In this document: positions 32,986 to 40,825 of the stretch, in pieces
How the letters are laid out: each line of letters starts with the position of its first letter
How positions within the stretch are numbered: the stretch's first letter is position 1
Program-made: the position numbers and the translations under genes
The notes under the pieces: generated by a model
The model's database searches: none
Told to the model about the DNA's origin: nothing
The model's input: the letters and a program-made list of their open reading frames with translations, nothing else
Virus record (IMG/VR): IMGVR_UViG_2651869533_000044
Coordinates: 1-40,870 of that record
DNA: 40,870 nucleotides
Reading direction: 5' to 3' (one strand)
Source of the DNA: a virus

Positions 32986-33750
32986 TTAAGCGCTAGTAAA
33001 GTCCGCATCTAGAACTGCTTCGTACAACCAGACATCATCTGTATTAACCATTAGCGATGAACCAAGAGTTAAACCAAGGATACTTGTGTTATATAGAGGA
33101 GCATTCAAGATTTGGCTTGTGCTAGTCTGTGCTGGAGGGAATCCGGGAGCGTTTCCAGAGGTGATTAGACCGCCCTGAAGCGCTGGGATACCCGTAACAA
33201 TATTTGCAATACCTCCGCTGCTATAAGCAGTGAAAGAAGTAGTGTTAATATTTACTGTAAAAGAAGTTGTAGAAGTGATGCTTTGAACAACACCAGAAAG
33301 CGTGTTGATCTGAGTCATACCGACTACATTATGGAAAGATACAACTGTTACTCCGATATCATTGCTGGTAAAGGCATGAGTAGCTGTAATGCTTGCATTA
33401 GCTGCTTGGCTGATTCCGGTGATTGTCAAGTTAGATGACGGGAATACTGAAGAACCTGCTGTTGTATATGGAGTGATGCCATTCGACGTCAAAAGAATTT
33501 TTTGAACCGAATATTGGATGTCAACGGGAGGAGTTGTCGCTACTGAGACTGAGTAAGATTTCTCAATAAACGCTTCTCCATTTCTCATCTGAGGCATCCA
33601 AAAAGCACTCAAAATACCGCCTGTTACGGGCTGAGCTACTGTGAGTGTTTGGTTCCACATAGTAAATCTTGTAGGATAGAATCCAAGACCAAGATTTTGA
33701 GCTACTCCACCTGTTGCAACTGTTAGGGAGCCATTTTTTATAATTGCCAT
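32986..33750 (-). CDS. capsid decoration / head fibre-type protein (254 aa)
   Basis: It lies immediately downstream of the capsid gene and contains the GM-x-x-(I/L)N..F-x-(V/I)-x-I-(N/D)-(S/T)-(S/T)-x-F-x-x-Y-x-x-GG domain seen in phage head-decoration proteins (recalled E1 FCCH-like annotation). Confidence 0.45.
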   Translation of the reverse strand: MAIIKNGSLTVATGGVAQNLGLGFYPTRFTMWNQTLTVAQPVTGGILSAFWMPQMRNGEAFIEKSYSVSVATTPPVDIQYSVQKILLTSNGITPYTTAGSSVFPSSNLTITGISQAANASITATHAFTSNDIGVTVVSFHNVVGMTQINTLSGVVQSITSTTSFTVNINTTSFTAYSSGGIANIVTGIPALQGGLITSGNAPGFPPAQTSTSQILNAPLYNTSILGLTLGSSLMVNTDDVWLYEAVLDADFTSA

Positions 33751-33759
33751 GATCTCTCC

Positions 33760-34441
33760 TTATGCCGAAGCAAGTGTTGAAGTGATTCTAGTGATCCAGT
33801 TGTCATTGAGGATTCGAGTTGCAAATGGGTATTTGTAACCAACAGTTCCACGCTGATTGAGAGGATCGGCAGTACCGGAAGCCCCGAGAGGTTTCACAAT
33901 AAATTCTGCTTCTTTGGCTCCAAGACGAATTACCCCATAAGCTTCTTGTCCGACCATAAAGGATGAATAGACGTTTGGAGTTGCTCCGTTACTGTAACCA
34001 TTTGTGTTCAAAAGCCAGCGAACGTTACGAGTAGCGCCCCATTCAGCTTCCAAAGCATTCATTGGATTTGGATAGTTTGCAGCTTGAATGAACGAGCTAA
34101 CAGCTTCCAAATCGGACTGCATATCTACGGACATGAAGCCCCAATAGCTTGATCTTACGGGACTTGTGCCGAACTTGTTTTCTCCAGGGAGAGGGTTCGT
34201 CATGAGTCTTGCGTTACCTTGACGGAGAGCTACGATTGCAGTCTGAATATCTGCATCAGTGATCTCTGTCGGGGTATTGCCATTAAGACCATACTGACAT
34301 GCGATAGTTGAGGCCGTAGAGACCATCATATCGCGGATCAGCGTGTCCAAAGTCAAACCAAGTTGGAGTGACAAGACTTTAGTTGCCTCATTGAGGACAC
34401 GGTCCTGGACCACATATTGTACCTGATCGGTGCCGATCGGC
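33760..34441 (-). CDS. major capsid protein (HK97-fold family), exon 3 of 3
   Basis: The exon is in frame from 34441 (G completing an AUG codon, then PIGTDQVQYVVQDRVLNEATK...). The C-terminal 226 aa is capsid-like (..GAKEAEFIVKPLG..DPLNQRGTVGYK..). The ORF-track entry 33760-34413 begins at an internal GTG. Confidence 0.8.
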
Positions 34442-34762
34442 CTGTTACTTTATTGACCCTATGTGATAAGGGCGGAGGGTCTTGTTATTCCCCTCTCTGG
34501 ATATTTCTACCCAGTGCGGACTATCGCATCTGCTTTCGCAGTCCAATTGTTTAGTCTCTCACGGTGAACATTAATCACATTCTTTTGTGCCATATCGGTA
34601 TCAACAAAAATGCAAGGCATATGAGCGAACGTTTTGAAGTCTTCCGCTCTCTTAATACTCATAAACCTTTAAATATCCTTCCGCCTTGTCTTCCGTCTGC
34701 GTTAAGCAGCGAGGAGTTCCAAGTCAATTAAATCGGATTTATTTATGTCACCACTACCGTTA
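34442..34762 (-). ncRNA. group I self-splicing intron 2 (321 nt, no ORF)
   Basis: P1 pairs exon GUCACCAU with IGS GUGGUGAC (34754-34747), giving U.G at the splice site. The core has GUUCACCGUGAGAGACUAAAC (P7 5' strand), CUGC-GAAA-GCAG (P8) and AGAUGCGAUAGUCC (P7 3' strand). The intron ends ..AAAGUAACAG, with the terminal G at 34442. Confidence 0.8.
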
Positions 34763-34876
34763 ATGGTGACAAACGAACCATACCATTGAATTTGCGCTTT
34801 AAAGTCGGTGACTGAAAGCTGATCCCCTGGAGGAGTTTGCCCATCTGTAAGTGGAACTGTCGCTGCTGTTCGAGCG
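34763..34876 (-). CDS. major capsid protein, exon 2 of 3 (114 nt)
   Basis: Encodes (L)ARTAATVPLTDGQTPPGDQLSVTDFKAQIQWYGSFVT(M), the conserved L-T-(D/E)-G-x-T-P...YG block of this capsid family. Phase 1+37 codons+2 fits both junctions. Confidence 0.78.
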
Positions 34877-35586
34877 CTGTTACTTTTTTGACCTTGTTCC
34901 TTAAGGCGGGGAAGCTCTTCGGCATTCCCTCTCATTGTTACCAATGAGTCCAGACTATCGCATCTCCCAATGCTGGGAGTCCCTGAATTTAGTCGTTCAC
35001 GGTAGATTTTAATATTATCAGTATGGCATACTACCAAAGTATGGAATACCATATACATCAACTTAGCTATCTCGCTGGCATTATGGATGGCGAGGGAACT
35101 ATTTCCATGAATGATAAGAGAATCATGAAGAGAAAATCTCAAGGCATCAGAAAGACTAATAAAGTCTATAGAGCAAGAGTTAACTTCTCCACTAATGTTA
35201 CCGTATGCAACACCGATCAAAGATTGATCGATTGGCTCATTGCTAATTTTGGAGGAGCTGCTAGCTATTCCAAAAGACAACATGAACATTGGAAGCAAAA
35301 GATAACATGGATTATGCCGAGAAAGAGTATTGCTAAAATTCTTACTGACATTCTTCCATTTCTTGTCTTGAAAAAAGAACAAGCTAAATTGATGATTGAG
35401 GCGAGAAAAAGCTTCGATGACAACCAAAAACAACTTTTGACTTCTGATGAAGTCTACAATCGCCGTCTTGAGATTTGTAATCTTATTCGCCTTCATAATA
35501 AAAAAATCCTTCCGCCTTGTTGTCCTTAAGCTGCCTCAAGGGGTTCCAAGTCAATTATCGAGGATTTATCCACGCCAACATTTTCT
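34877..35586 (-). ncRNA. group I self-splicing intron 1 (710 nt) carrying an opposite-strand LAGLIDADG gene
   Basis: P1 pairs exon CACGCU with IGS GGCGUG (35576-35571). The core has ACCGUGAACGACUAAAU, P8 CUCCCA-GCAU-UGGGAG, AGAUGCGAUAGUC and P9 CUCAUUG-GUAA-CAAUGAG. It ends ..AAAGUAACAG, with the terminal G at 34877. The 5' and 3' blocks are homologous to intron 2. Confidence 0.8.
35023..35529 (+). CDS. LAGLIDADG homing endonuclease (single-motif, I-CreI-size), antisense to its host intron
   Basis: 168 aa. LSYLAGIMDGEGTISM is a clear LAGLIDADG motif, and the downstream KILTDILPFLVLKKEQAKLMIE block is typical. It lies wholly inside intron 1 but on the plus strand. Confidence 0.8.
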   Translation: MAYYQSMEYHIHQLSYLAGIMDGEGTISMNDKRIMKRKSQGIRKTNKVYRARVNFSTNVTVCNTDQRLIDWLIANFGGAASYSKRQHEHWKQKITWIMPRKSIAKILTDILPFLVLKKEQAKLMIEARKSFDDNQKQLLTSDEVYNRRLEICNLIRLHNKKILPPCCP

Positions 35587-35753
35587 AGCGTGCCATATCT
35601 TCGGAAGACCATCTGGTCGCCGGAGTTAAGTGGTATCTGTCTCTTTTGAGCGAACAAATCGTAGATGAAATAGGGTCTTGCGAGCGCTAGTAACAATCTA
35701 TCGAAGTATGTTCGAACCTCTGGAGGCAGTTGGGTAAGGCCTGTAATTGCCAT
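35587..35753 (-). CDS. major capsid protein, exon 1 of 3 (167 nt)
   Basis: MAITGLTQLPPEVRTYFDRLLLALARPYFIYDLFAQKRQIPLNSGDQMVFRRYGT(L). The unspliced frame hits a stop 20 codons past the predicted splice site. GGAT..ATG context follows the scaffold gene. Confidence 0.8.
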
Positions 35754-35763
35754 TATTCATCCT

Positions 35764-36570
35764 TTAGATCCCCTCTTGAAATTTGCTATAGATAGCGTGG
35801 AAGTCCTTGTCACTCATCGTTGCGTAATAGTCCGTTTGACTTAGCCCACCTTGACCTCCTGCCTGAGCAAGAGTTCCTGGTTTGCGTGAGTTTTCGACCA
35901 TTTTTTGAGCGGAAACGCTCTTTTGAGGAGTAACTGGAGGAGCTTTTACCATTGCTTCTAACTCTTGGTTGCGCTGAATCAATTGCTGTTTTTCTTGATA
36001 CTCCTTTGCTCGGGAGTATGCATATTCAGCTTTGTTGTCTACTCGCTTAAGAGTGTTAACAAACAAGGGATCTGTTTCTGCTAGTTGTTTTCCGTACTTT
36101 TGTAATACTTCGGCATAGTCGGATTTCTGAGACTGAACTTGAAGTTCTTCTAAGCGAGATTCATATTCACGCTCTCTTTCAGCCCATGCTCTTCGAAATT
36201 CGCCAACATTAGGGATTTCTGAATCCTGCATGCCGTCAAACATCTCCCGACGCTTTTGTGCTTCTTGAGGCTTTTGAACCTGATTCGCTCGGAGGATTTC
36301 AAGCTGGAGTTGGTTCTCCCGTCTTTCGTTCTCTCTCGATGCCTTTAATTGCTCGACGCTTTCTGCGAGTGCCCTGAAGTTGCGTTCTTGAGGATCTTCT
36401 ACCTTTACAGGAGCTTCTTGTTGCACTTCTGCAACTGGCTCTGGAGGCATAGGGATCTGATTCCCGAACTCTTCATCGTTCAATTCTCTTTGGAAAGAAT
36501 TCTGCTGTTCTTGTTCCACGGCGGCTGGAACCTCATATTCGCCCTGATAACTGTTTGTATCGATAGCCAT
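35764..36570 (-). CDS. scaffolding protein
   Basis: 268 aa, Glu/Gln-rich and predicted helical. It lies immediately upstream of the capsid gene and downstream of the portal. Confidence 0.55.
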   Translation of the reverse strand: MAIDTNSYQGEYEVPAAVEQEQQNSFQRELNDEEFGNQIPMPPEPVAEVQQEAPVKVEDPQERNFRALAESVEQLKASRENERRENQLQLEILRANQVQKPQEAQKRREMFDGMQDSEIPNVGEFRRAWAEREREYESRLEELQVQSQKSDYAEVLQKYGKQLAETDPLFVNTLKRVDNKAEYAYSRAKEYQEKQQLIQRNQELEAMVKAPPVTPQKSVSAQKMVENSRKPGTLAQAGGQGGLSQTDYYATMSDKDFHAIYSKFQEGI

Positions 36571-36599
36571 TGCATTCCCAATTGGTTGCAGGTTCTAAT

Positions 36600-36965
36600 C
36601 TAGGCCAGTAAGATTCCCATCTGCTGACCGACCTCTGAGATGGTTTCGAAGGTGTCTTGCTTAGCTTTGGAAAGCAGAGACGGGTCTATCGGTACATCTG
36701 GAGGTATTGATAATTCCGGCATGAATTTAAATATTCCTTTGGCGTGATCCACGTACCACACCAGAAGACCAATGATCTTCGGGGGTCTTTGCCTATAGAA
36801 CTTAAATGTCTGCCTAAAAACTTCTGGTTGAGCTTTGTCTTGCTTTGCAGCGTAGACCACGTAAAAAGGCTCCCTATCGCTTTTTAAGGAAGATGCATAT
36901 TCTTCGGCTTTGCGCCACACATCCATTCCCCATGCGTCTCGTGATTCACCAATTTCTTGAGCCAT
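36600..36965 (-). CDS. hypothetical protein (121 aa)
   Basis: ORF in the head-module operon. No motif recognised. Confidence 0.5.
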   Translation of the reverse strand: MAQEIGESRDAWGMDVWRKAEEYASSLKSDREPFYVVYAAKQDKAQPEVFRQTFKFYRQRPPKIIGLLVWYVDHAKGIFKFMPELSIPPDVPIDPSLLSKAKQDTFETISEVGQQMGILLA

Positions 36966-36971
36966 AATTAC

Positions 36972-37187
36972 TTAATGCTCCGCTGGGCCTTCCCAGTCAT
37001 AATGTTTCATCTGTCCATTAATCTTTTTAGAATCGGACTTGCATCCACCCATTCCGGCTTGACCGTAGGCGATGTCCATAGCTTGACCTTTGAACTCAGA
37101 AACGCCCATACCATGTTCTGGGTGGCCTTTCTTAGAGACTTTAGGTTTGTCCATCTCATGCTCGTAATGAGCCATTTCGTTTTTCAT
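36972..37187 (-). CDS. hypothetical His/Gly/Met-rich protein (71 aa)
   Basis: ORF contiguous with its neighbours on the minus strand. Confidence 0.4.
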   Translation of the reverse strand: MKNEMAHYEHEMDKPKVSKKGHPEHGMGVSEFKGQAMDIAYGQAGMGGCKSDSKKINGQMKHYDWEGPAEH

Positions 37188-37409
37188 CTATTTGCCTTTG
37201 TGCATTTTCTTTTCATACTGTTTGTTTGATTCGAGGGAGCGCTGGTTAAAGTTTCCCGTATCTGCTGGAGGACCTTCAGATGAGTATCCGTAAGGCATTT
37301 CAGATTCTTGTACTCTTGAATCGAGTTCTCTTGAGTAAGAGTCTGCTGGTACCGGATGTCGATAGTCGTTGTCGGATTTATTCAACATATCGTGAAATTT
37401 CTCTCTCAC
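37188..37409 (-). CDS. hypothetical protein (73 aa)
   Basis: ORF abutting the next gene, with a 4-nt overlap with the upstream ORF. Confidence 0.4.
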   Translation of the reverse strand: MREKFHDMLNKSDNDYRHPVPADSYSRELDSRVQESEMPYGYSSEGPPADTGNFNQRSLESNKQYEKKMHKGK

Positions 37410-37606
37410 TTAGAACCTCGTTTCTTCTTCATCTTTTCATATTTCTCGATGATAGGATCCCGCACGTCGCGGTCGATCTTTACCAACTTCTCGTTCTTCT
37501 TCTCGGCTTTCTTAAGGACTTTTACGGCTTCTTTATCTGCGCCTTTCTTTACGTCACGCTCAGCTGTTTGCATTCTCTTAGTAACTTGGTGCATCTTTTT
37601 GTCCAA
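37406..37606 (-). CDS. hypothetical Lys-rich protein (66 aa; the ATG at 37594 is the more likely start)
   Basis: The ORF-track start is a TTG, with an in-frame ATG four codons later. The sequence is a highly basic helix. Confidence 0.4.
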   Translation of the reverse strand: MDKKMHQVTKRMQTAERDVKKGADKEAVKVLKKAEKKNEKLVKIDRDVRDPIIEKYEKMKKKRGSK

Positions 37607-37740
37607 AAGGGACCCCTTTCTTGTGTAAATTTTCTAATTCAAAGTGTACACATAAAAATAAATTCTTTGCATATAATAAAATTCTTGCATGTTGAGATGT
37701 AACAAAAAGTCAGGAAAAGGAAATCAGGAGTGAATCCTTA

Positions 37741-39801
37741 CTAAGGAGCTACAGGAGCCGAAGCGTTAGCTTTTGCTTGTTCCTTTCCCTCTAGTTCATG
37801 AATAAACGCCAATTTAGCACGCAAGTTCTCGATATCTATAGATTCAAGCTCTTTGACAGCCTTCAATAGATTCAGAACACTAGCCGTCTTGTCTTCCTCC
37901 GCCCTAGCAATACGCTCAGCGCTCAATGCTGCATCTAACTGGATCTTGTTGATACGTTCTGCTGCGAGGGCTCTATCGGACTCGGATTTTGAGTCTACAC
38001 CGCGAGTGATTGTCTCTTGGTTCTGCATTTGAAGCTCGGCTTGTTTCTGAGCCTGTTCTTGGGCTGCTTTCATCTCACCTGCCATTCTTTCACCTATCAC
38101 ACGCTTATCGTGCAAGGAAGAGGCGCTAATGATCTCTGAGTCGGTTATATTCACTCCCATTGCCTTCAGAGCTAAGCGACCAGCAAAGTCTGTCTGACGC
38201 TGAGTGTCTGTTAGCAGACCTTCTTCAACAACTACGCTGTACTTTGTGAAGGATTTTGAGAAGAATTCCGGAGTAGGATCTTTCTTTGTGATAGCCTTGA
38301 TTTTCTCTGGAGTATAGTTCAGTTGCATTAATTTTAGAGTTTTCTCGCCCAGTAGTCTCTGAGACTCTCTCAAACCATCGAAAATATCTTGCAAATTGAT
38401 GAGACCTGCTGACTGTCTCATCTTTCCTAGAATTCCAGTAATTTCGACCTTTTCATTGTCAGCCATTCCAAATAGTTCAGAGTTAACCCCTGCAATTTCC
38501 ATCATATCTTTTTCAAACTCGCCTTCTAACTGGAACATAGAGGCGGGGATATCTGCGGCTTGTAGACGTTGAATATCCGTCATTTGAGCTTCTGGCTTTA
38601 ACCAGATGACCTGACCTTGTCCTGTTTTATAGAGAGAAGACGGGTTTGAGACGCTATTGGTTTTAGCGATAAACCCGCTGTTGAGCTGATTGTCCAAGAT
38701 ATCGACCATCTTAGAGCGTCTTTTATTTATCTCTGTTTGAGGATCTCTAACTATTCTAACTAACGATTGAATCTTCCATGTATATAGATCATAAGAAGGC
38801 TCAAAAATGCAAAAAAATGGAACAAAAGGATAATCATTTAGTCCAAATGGGTCCTTACCATAATAAATTAGTTGTCCTTCTACAATTATACCTAGATCGA
38901 CACTTCGAACAGGCTTTCTGATAACCTCTAATTGAGGGTATAACTCTCTAAACAGCTTTAATCTCTTTCTATCTCCATTCCACTCTCTAGTTTCTCCAGT
39001 CTCCATATCGACCAGAACATCTTTGGTTTCCCAACGCGTCTTCCAGTATTCTGTATAGTTAAGAAGTTTCTGCATTCCCCACTGCCTAGCGTAAGGCATA
39101 TAGGTGAATTTGTCATCGCGGCTACCCCAAGGCAATCGAGAGATAACATCCTCTTTATCGGGATGAAGGGAGATCACTTCTGTTCTGGATAGGAACTTGC
39201 GTCGGGAGATGAAAGAGCAATCTGAGAGATCTTTCTTGGTGAGAAATGGGTCCATAATCACCGCATTCCAAGAATCGTGGTGGAACCGGATATCTCCTGA
39301 GATTGGGTCAGATCTATAATCAACCCAAGGACTTACGAACGAAAGACCTGTTGTAAGCGCTCCTTTAAAACCTTCAGAGATGGTTTCGTATCCTCCACAA
39401 GACTGCATTATGTATTGCATCACATCTGATTGAATCTCCGCAGTGAGTTCAGATGAGTCTTCAATAGGGCTGATAACTGTGGCCAGTCGGTTCTTGCGCT
39501 GATATCCCTGTACCAGATTAATGAGCCGTCGTATTTTATTGTATGTGAAGGAGGATCTTCTTTGATTGTTGAGGTAGGAGAGTTCTTCCAAACTCCATTG
39601 ATTACCGAGATAGTATGATAAATCCTTGTAAGCTTCTGCATAATACGTATTCCATAACTGATAAGCTCTTTCGTAGTTCTGACCGAATTCTTGTATTACA
39701 TCTTGGTGTTGCGCCAACCTCTCATCGGAGGATATTTTTTTTCTATAATCATCTAGGAAGTCTTTTGAATCGGAGGAGTAGTTTGACATGGGGTTGGACA
39801 T
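37741..39801 (-). CDS. portal protein
   Basis: 686 aa. It has the YYLGNQWSLEE block near the N-terminus, a long C-terminal charged coiled region, and lies upstream of scaffold and capsid. Confidence 0.72.
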   Translation of the reverse strand: MSNPMSNYSSDSKDFLDDYRKKISSDERLAQHQDVIQEFGQNYERAYQLWNTYYAEAYKDLSYYLGNQWSLEELSYLNNQRRSSFTYNKIRRLINLVQGYQRKNRLATVISPIEDSSELTAEIQSDVMQYIMQSCGGYETISEGFKGALTTGLSFVSPWVDYRSDPISGDIRFHHDSWNAVIMDPFLTKKDLSDCSFISRRKFLSRTEVISLHPDKEDVISRLPWGSRDDKFTYMPYARQWGMQKLLNYTEYWKTRWETKDVLVDMETGETREWNGDRKRLKLFRELYPQLEVIRKPVRSVDLGIIVEGQLIYYGKDPFGLNDYPFVPFFCIFEPSYDLYTWKIQSLVRIVRDPQTEINKRRSKMVDILDNQLNSGFIAKTNSVSNPSSLYKTGQGQVIWLKPEAQMTDIQRLQAADIPASMFQLEGEFEKDMMEIAGVNSELFGMADNEKVEITGILGKMRQSAGLINLQDIFDGLRESQRLLGEKTLKLMQLNYTPEKIKAITKKDPTPEFFSKSFTKYSVVVEEGLLTDTQRQTDFAGRLALKAMGVNITDSEIISASSLHDKRVIGERMAGEMKAAQEQAQKQAELQMQNQETITRGVDSKSESDRALAAERINKIQLDAALSAERIARAEEDKTASVLNLLKAVKELESIDIENLRAKLAFIHELEGKEQAKANASAPVAP

Positions 39802-39811
39802 TAATAATCCT

Positions 39812-39842
39812 TTGAATGTTTAACCCCATGGTAAACATTCAA
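39812..39842 (-). promoter_or_regulatory. 11-bp stem hairpin directly upstream of the portal ribosome-binding site
   Basis: TTGAATGTTTA-9 nt-TAAACATTCAA. On the minus strand it is followed by AGGATTATTAATG (the portal start). Confidence 0.35.
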
Positions 39843-39862
39843 ATTGAAACTTTACAGTAAAA

Positions 39863-40072
39863 TCAATTGCACTGTAAAACTTCACCTATCCTATGGAACG
39901 CATCTAACCAAGACTTTTCACTTAAGAAAGATATGTTTAATGTTTTATCGCCAATATAGACTAGCTCTAACCACCATTTTGGTTCTTCTTTTTCAACAAC
40001 AAACGAATATTTTGAACATATCATTAAGTTTGCGAGGCATATAACATGGTTTTCTGATTTGATATAGATCAT
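39863..40072 (-). CDS. hypothetical protein (69 aa)
   Basis: ATGA overlap with the upstream 58-aa ORF. Confidence 0.45.
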   Translation of the reverse strand: MIYIKSENHVICLANLMICSKYSFVVEKEEPKWWLELVYIGDKTLNISFLSEKSWLDAFHRIGEVLQCN

Positions 40073-40245
40073 CCAAATTCCATTTGTTCGTCTTGGTCAA
40101 TTTTTGTTTTTAAATCATTGATAGAAACCCAACCATCGAAGATCTTTCTGTATTCACAGTAGCAACCGTAGCACAGCTTCCTATTGCGGTAGTCAACCAA
40201 CGCTGAGGAATGAAAACTACAGGTTTCGCAAGGATAGCGCTTCAT
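40069..40245 (-). CDS. small zinc-ribbon protein (58 aa, below the ORF-track cutoff)
   Basis: MKRYPCETCSFHSSALVDYRNRKLCYGCYCEYRK.. has CxxC and CxxC pairs. ATGA overlaps occur at both ends. Confidence 0.4.
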   Translation of the reverse strand: MKRYPCETCSFHSSALVDYRNRKLCYGCYCEYRKIFDGWVSINDLKTKIDQDEQMEFG

Positions 40246-40376
40246 GTTGGAGGAACCACACCTGGAGGTGGAGGGATGCGAGGAGCCGACCCATTAGTTC
40301 CTGGAGTTTGAGATATAGGAGACATGGGAGAGCGAGGAACTGGACTCGGAGGTATTTGAGTAGCAACCATTGTCAT
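40242..40376 (-). CDS. Pro-rich micro-protein (44 aa)
   Basis: MTMVATQIPPSPVPRSPMSP...PPPPGVVPPT. GAGGGAA lies 5 nt upstream, with ATGA overlaps at both ends. Confidence 0.3.
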   Translation of the reverse strand: MTMVATQIPPSPVPRSPMSPISQTPGTNGSAPRIPPPPGVVPPT

Positions 40377-40486
40377 AGAAATTCCCTCATCTCTTTAATC
40401 ATTGCATGAAGACTAAAAAATGCAAACATACTAAGAAGGGCATTTAGTCCTACACATACTAGAAGAATAGTACATAGATTACTCAT
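40373..40486 (-). CDS. single-pass membrane micro-protein (37 aa)
   Basis: MSNLCTILLVCVGLNALLSMFAFFSLHAMIKEMREFL. Its stop overlaps the next ATG. Confidence 0.3.
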   Translation of the reverse strand: MSNLCTILLVCVGLNALLSMFAFFSLHAMIKEMREFL

Positions 40487-40628
40487 TTTTCCACTCCGTT
40501 ACCGTAAAAACCATTGAATAACTATCGCAATCATCAAATGTAGCCGTTTCAGGTCTATATATAGCTCGTCGAACCCCTTCTCCCTTTACTACAACTACTT
40601 TTCCTTTAGGCGGGGTCTCATCGCTCAT
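40479..40628 (-). CDS. hypothetical micro-protein (49 aa)
   Basis: MSDETPPKGKVVVVKGEGVRRAIYRPE.., in operon orientation and overlapping the next ORF by 8 nt. Confidence 0.3.
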   Translation of the reverse strand: MSDETPPKGKVVVVKGEGVRRAIYRPETATFDDCDSYSMVFTVTEWKNE

Positions 40629-40639
40629 CTTTATCCAAC

Positions 40640-40825
40640 TCATCTAGGCTCCAAAAACATCGCTCTTTCATGTTTAGTATATTTTGAAACAGAAACTAAG
40701 TAGAAATACTTGCCGTCGTCTGGGCTAAAAAGACAGCTATAGTTCTTGTCTCTTTTCTTATCAACTAAGTTACATAATTGCCTAGAATATGCAAAAAAGT
40801 CTTCGTCAAATTCTTTATTGCTCAT
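40640..40825 (-). CDS. hypothetical protein (61 aa)
   Basis: Its start lies inside the terminal repeat (equivalent to position 56) and overlaps the stop of ORF 53-394 across the circle junction. Confidence 0.5.
   Translation of the reverse strand: MSNKEFDEDFFAYSRQLCNLVDKKRDKNYSCLFSPDDGKYFYLVSVSKYTKHERAMFLEPR

Noticed and set aside
34702-35496. 264-aa minus-strand ORF from the ORF track
   Set aside because: It is a chimera. Most of it is the antisense frame of the LAGLIDADG gene, its last part is capsid exon 2, and it then reads through into intron 2. It has no independent coding signal.
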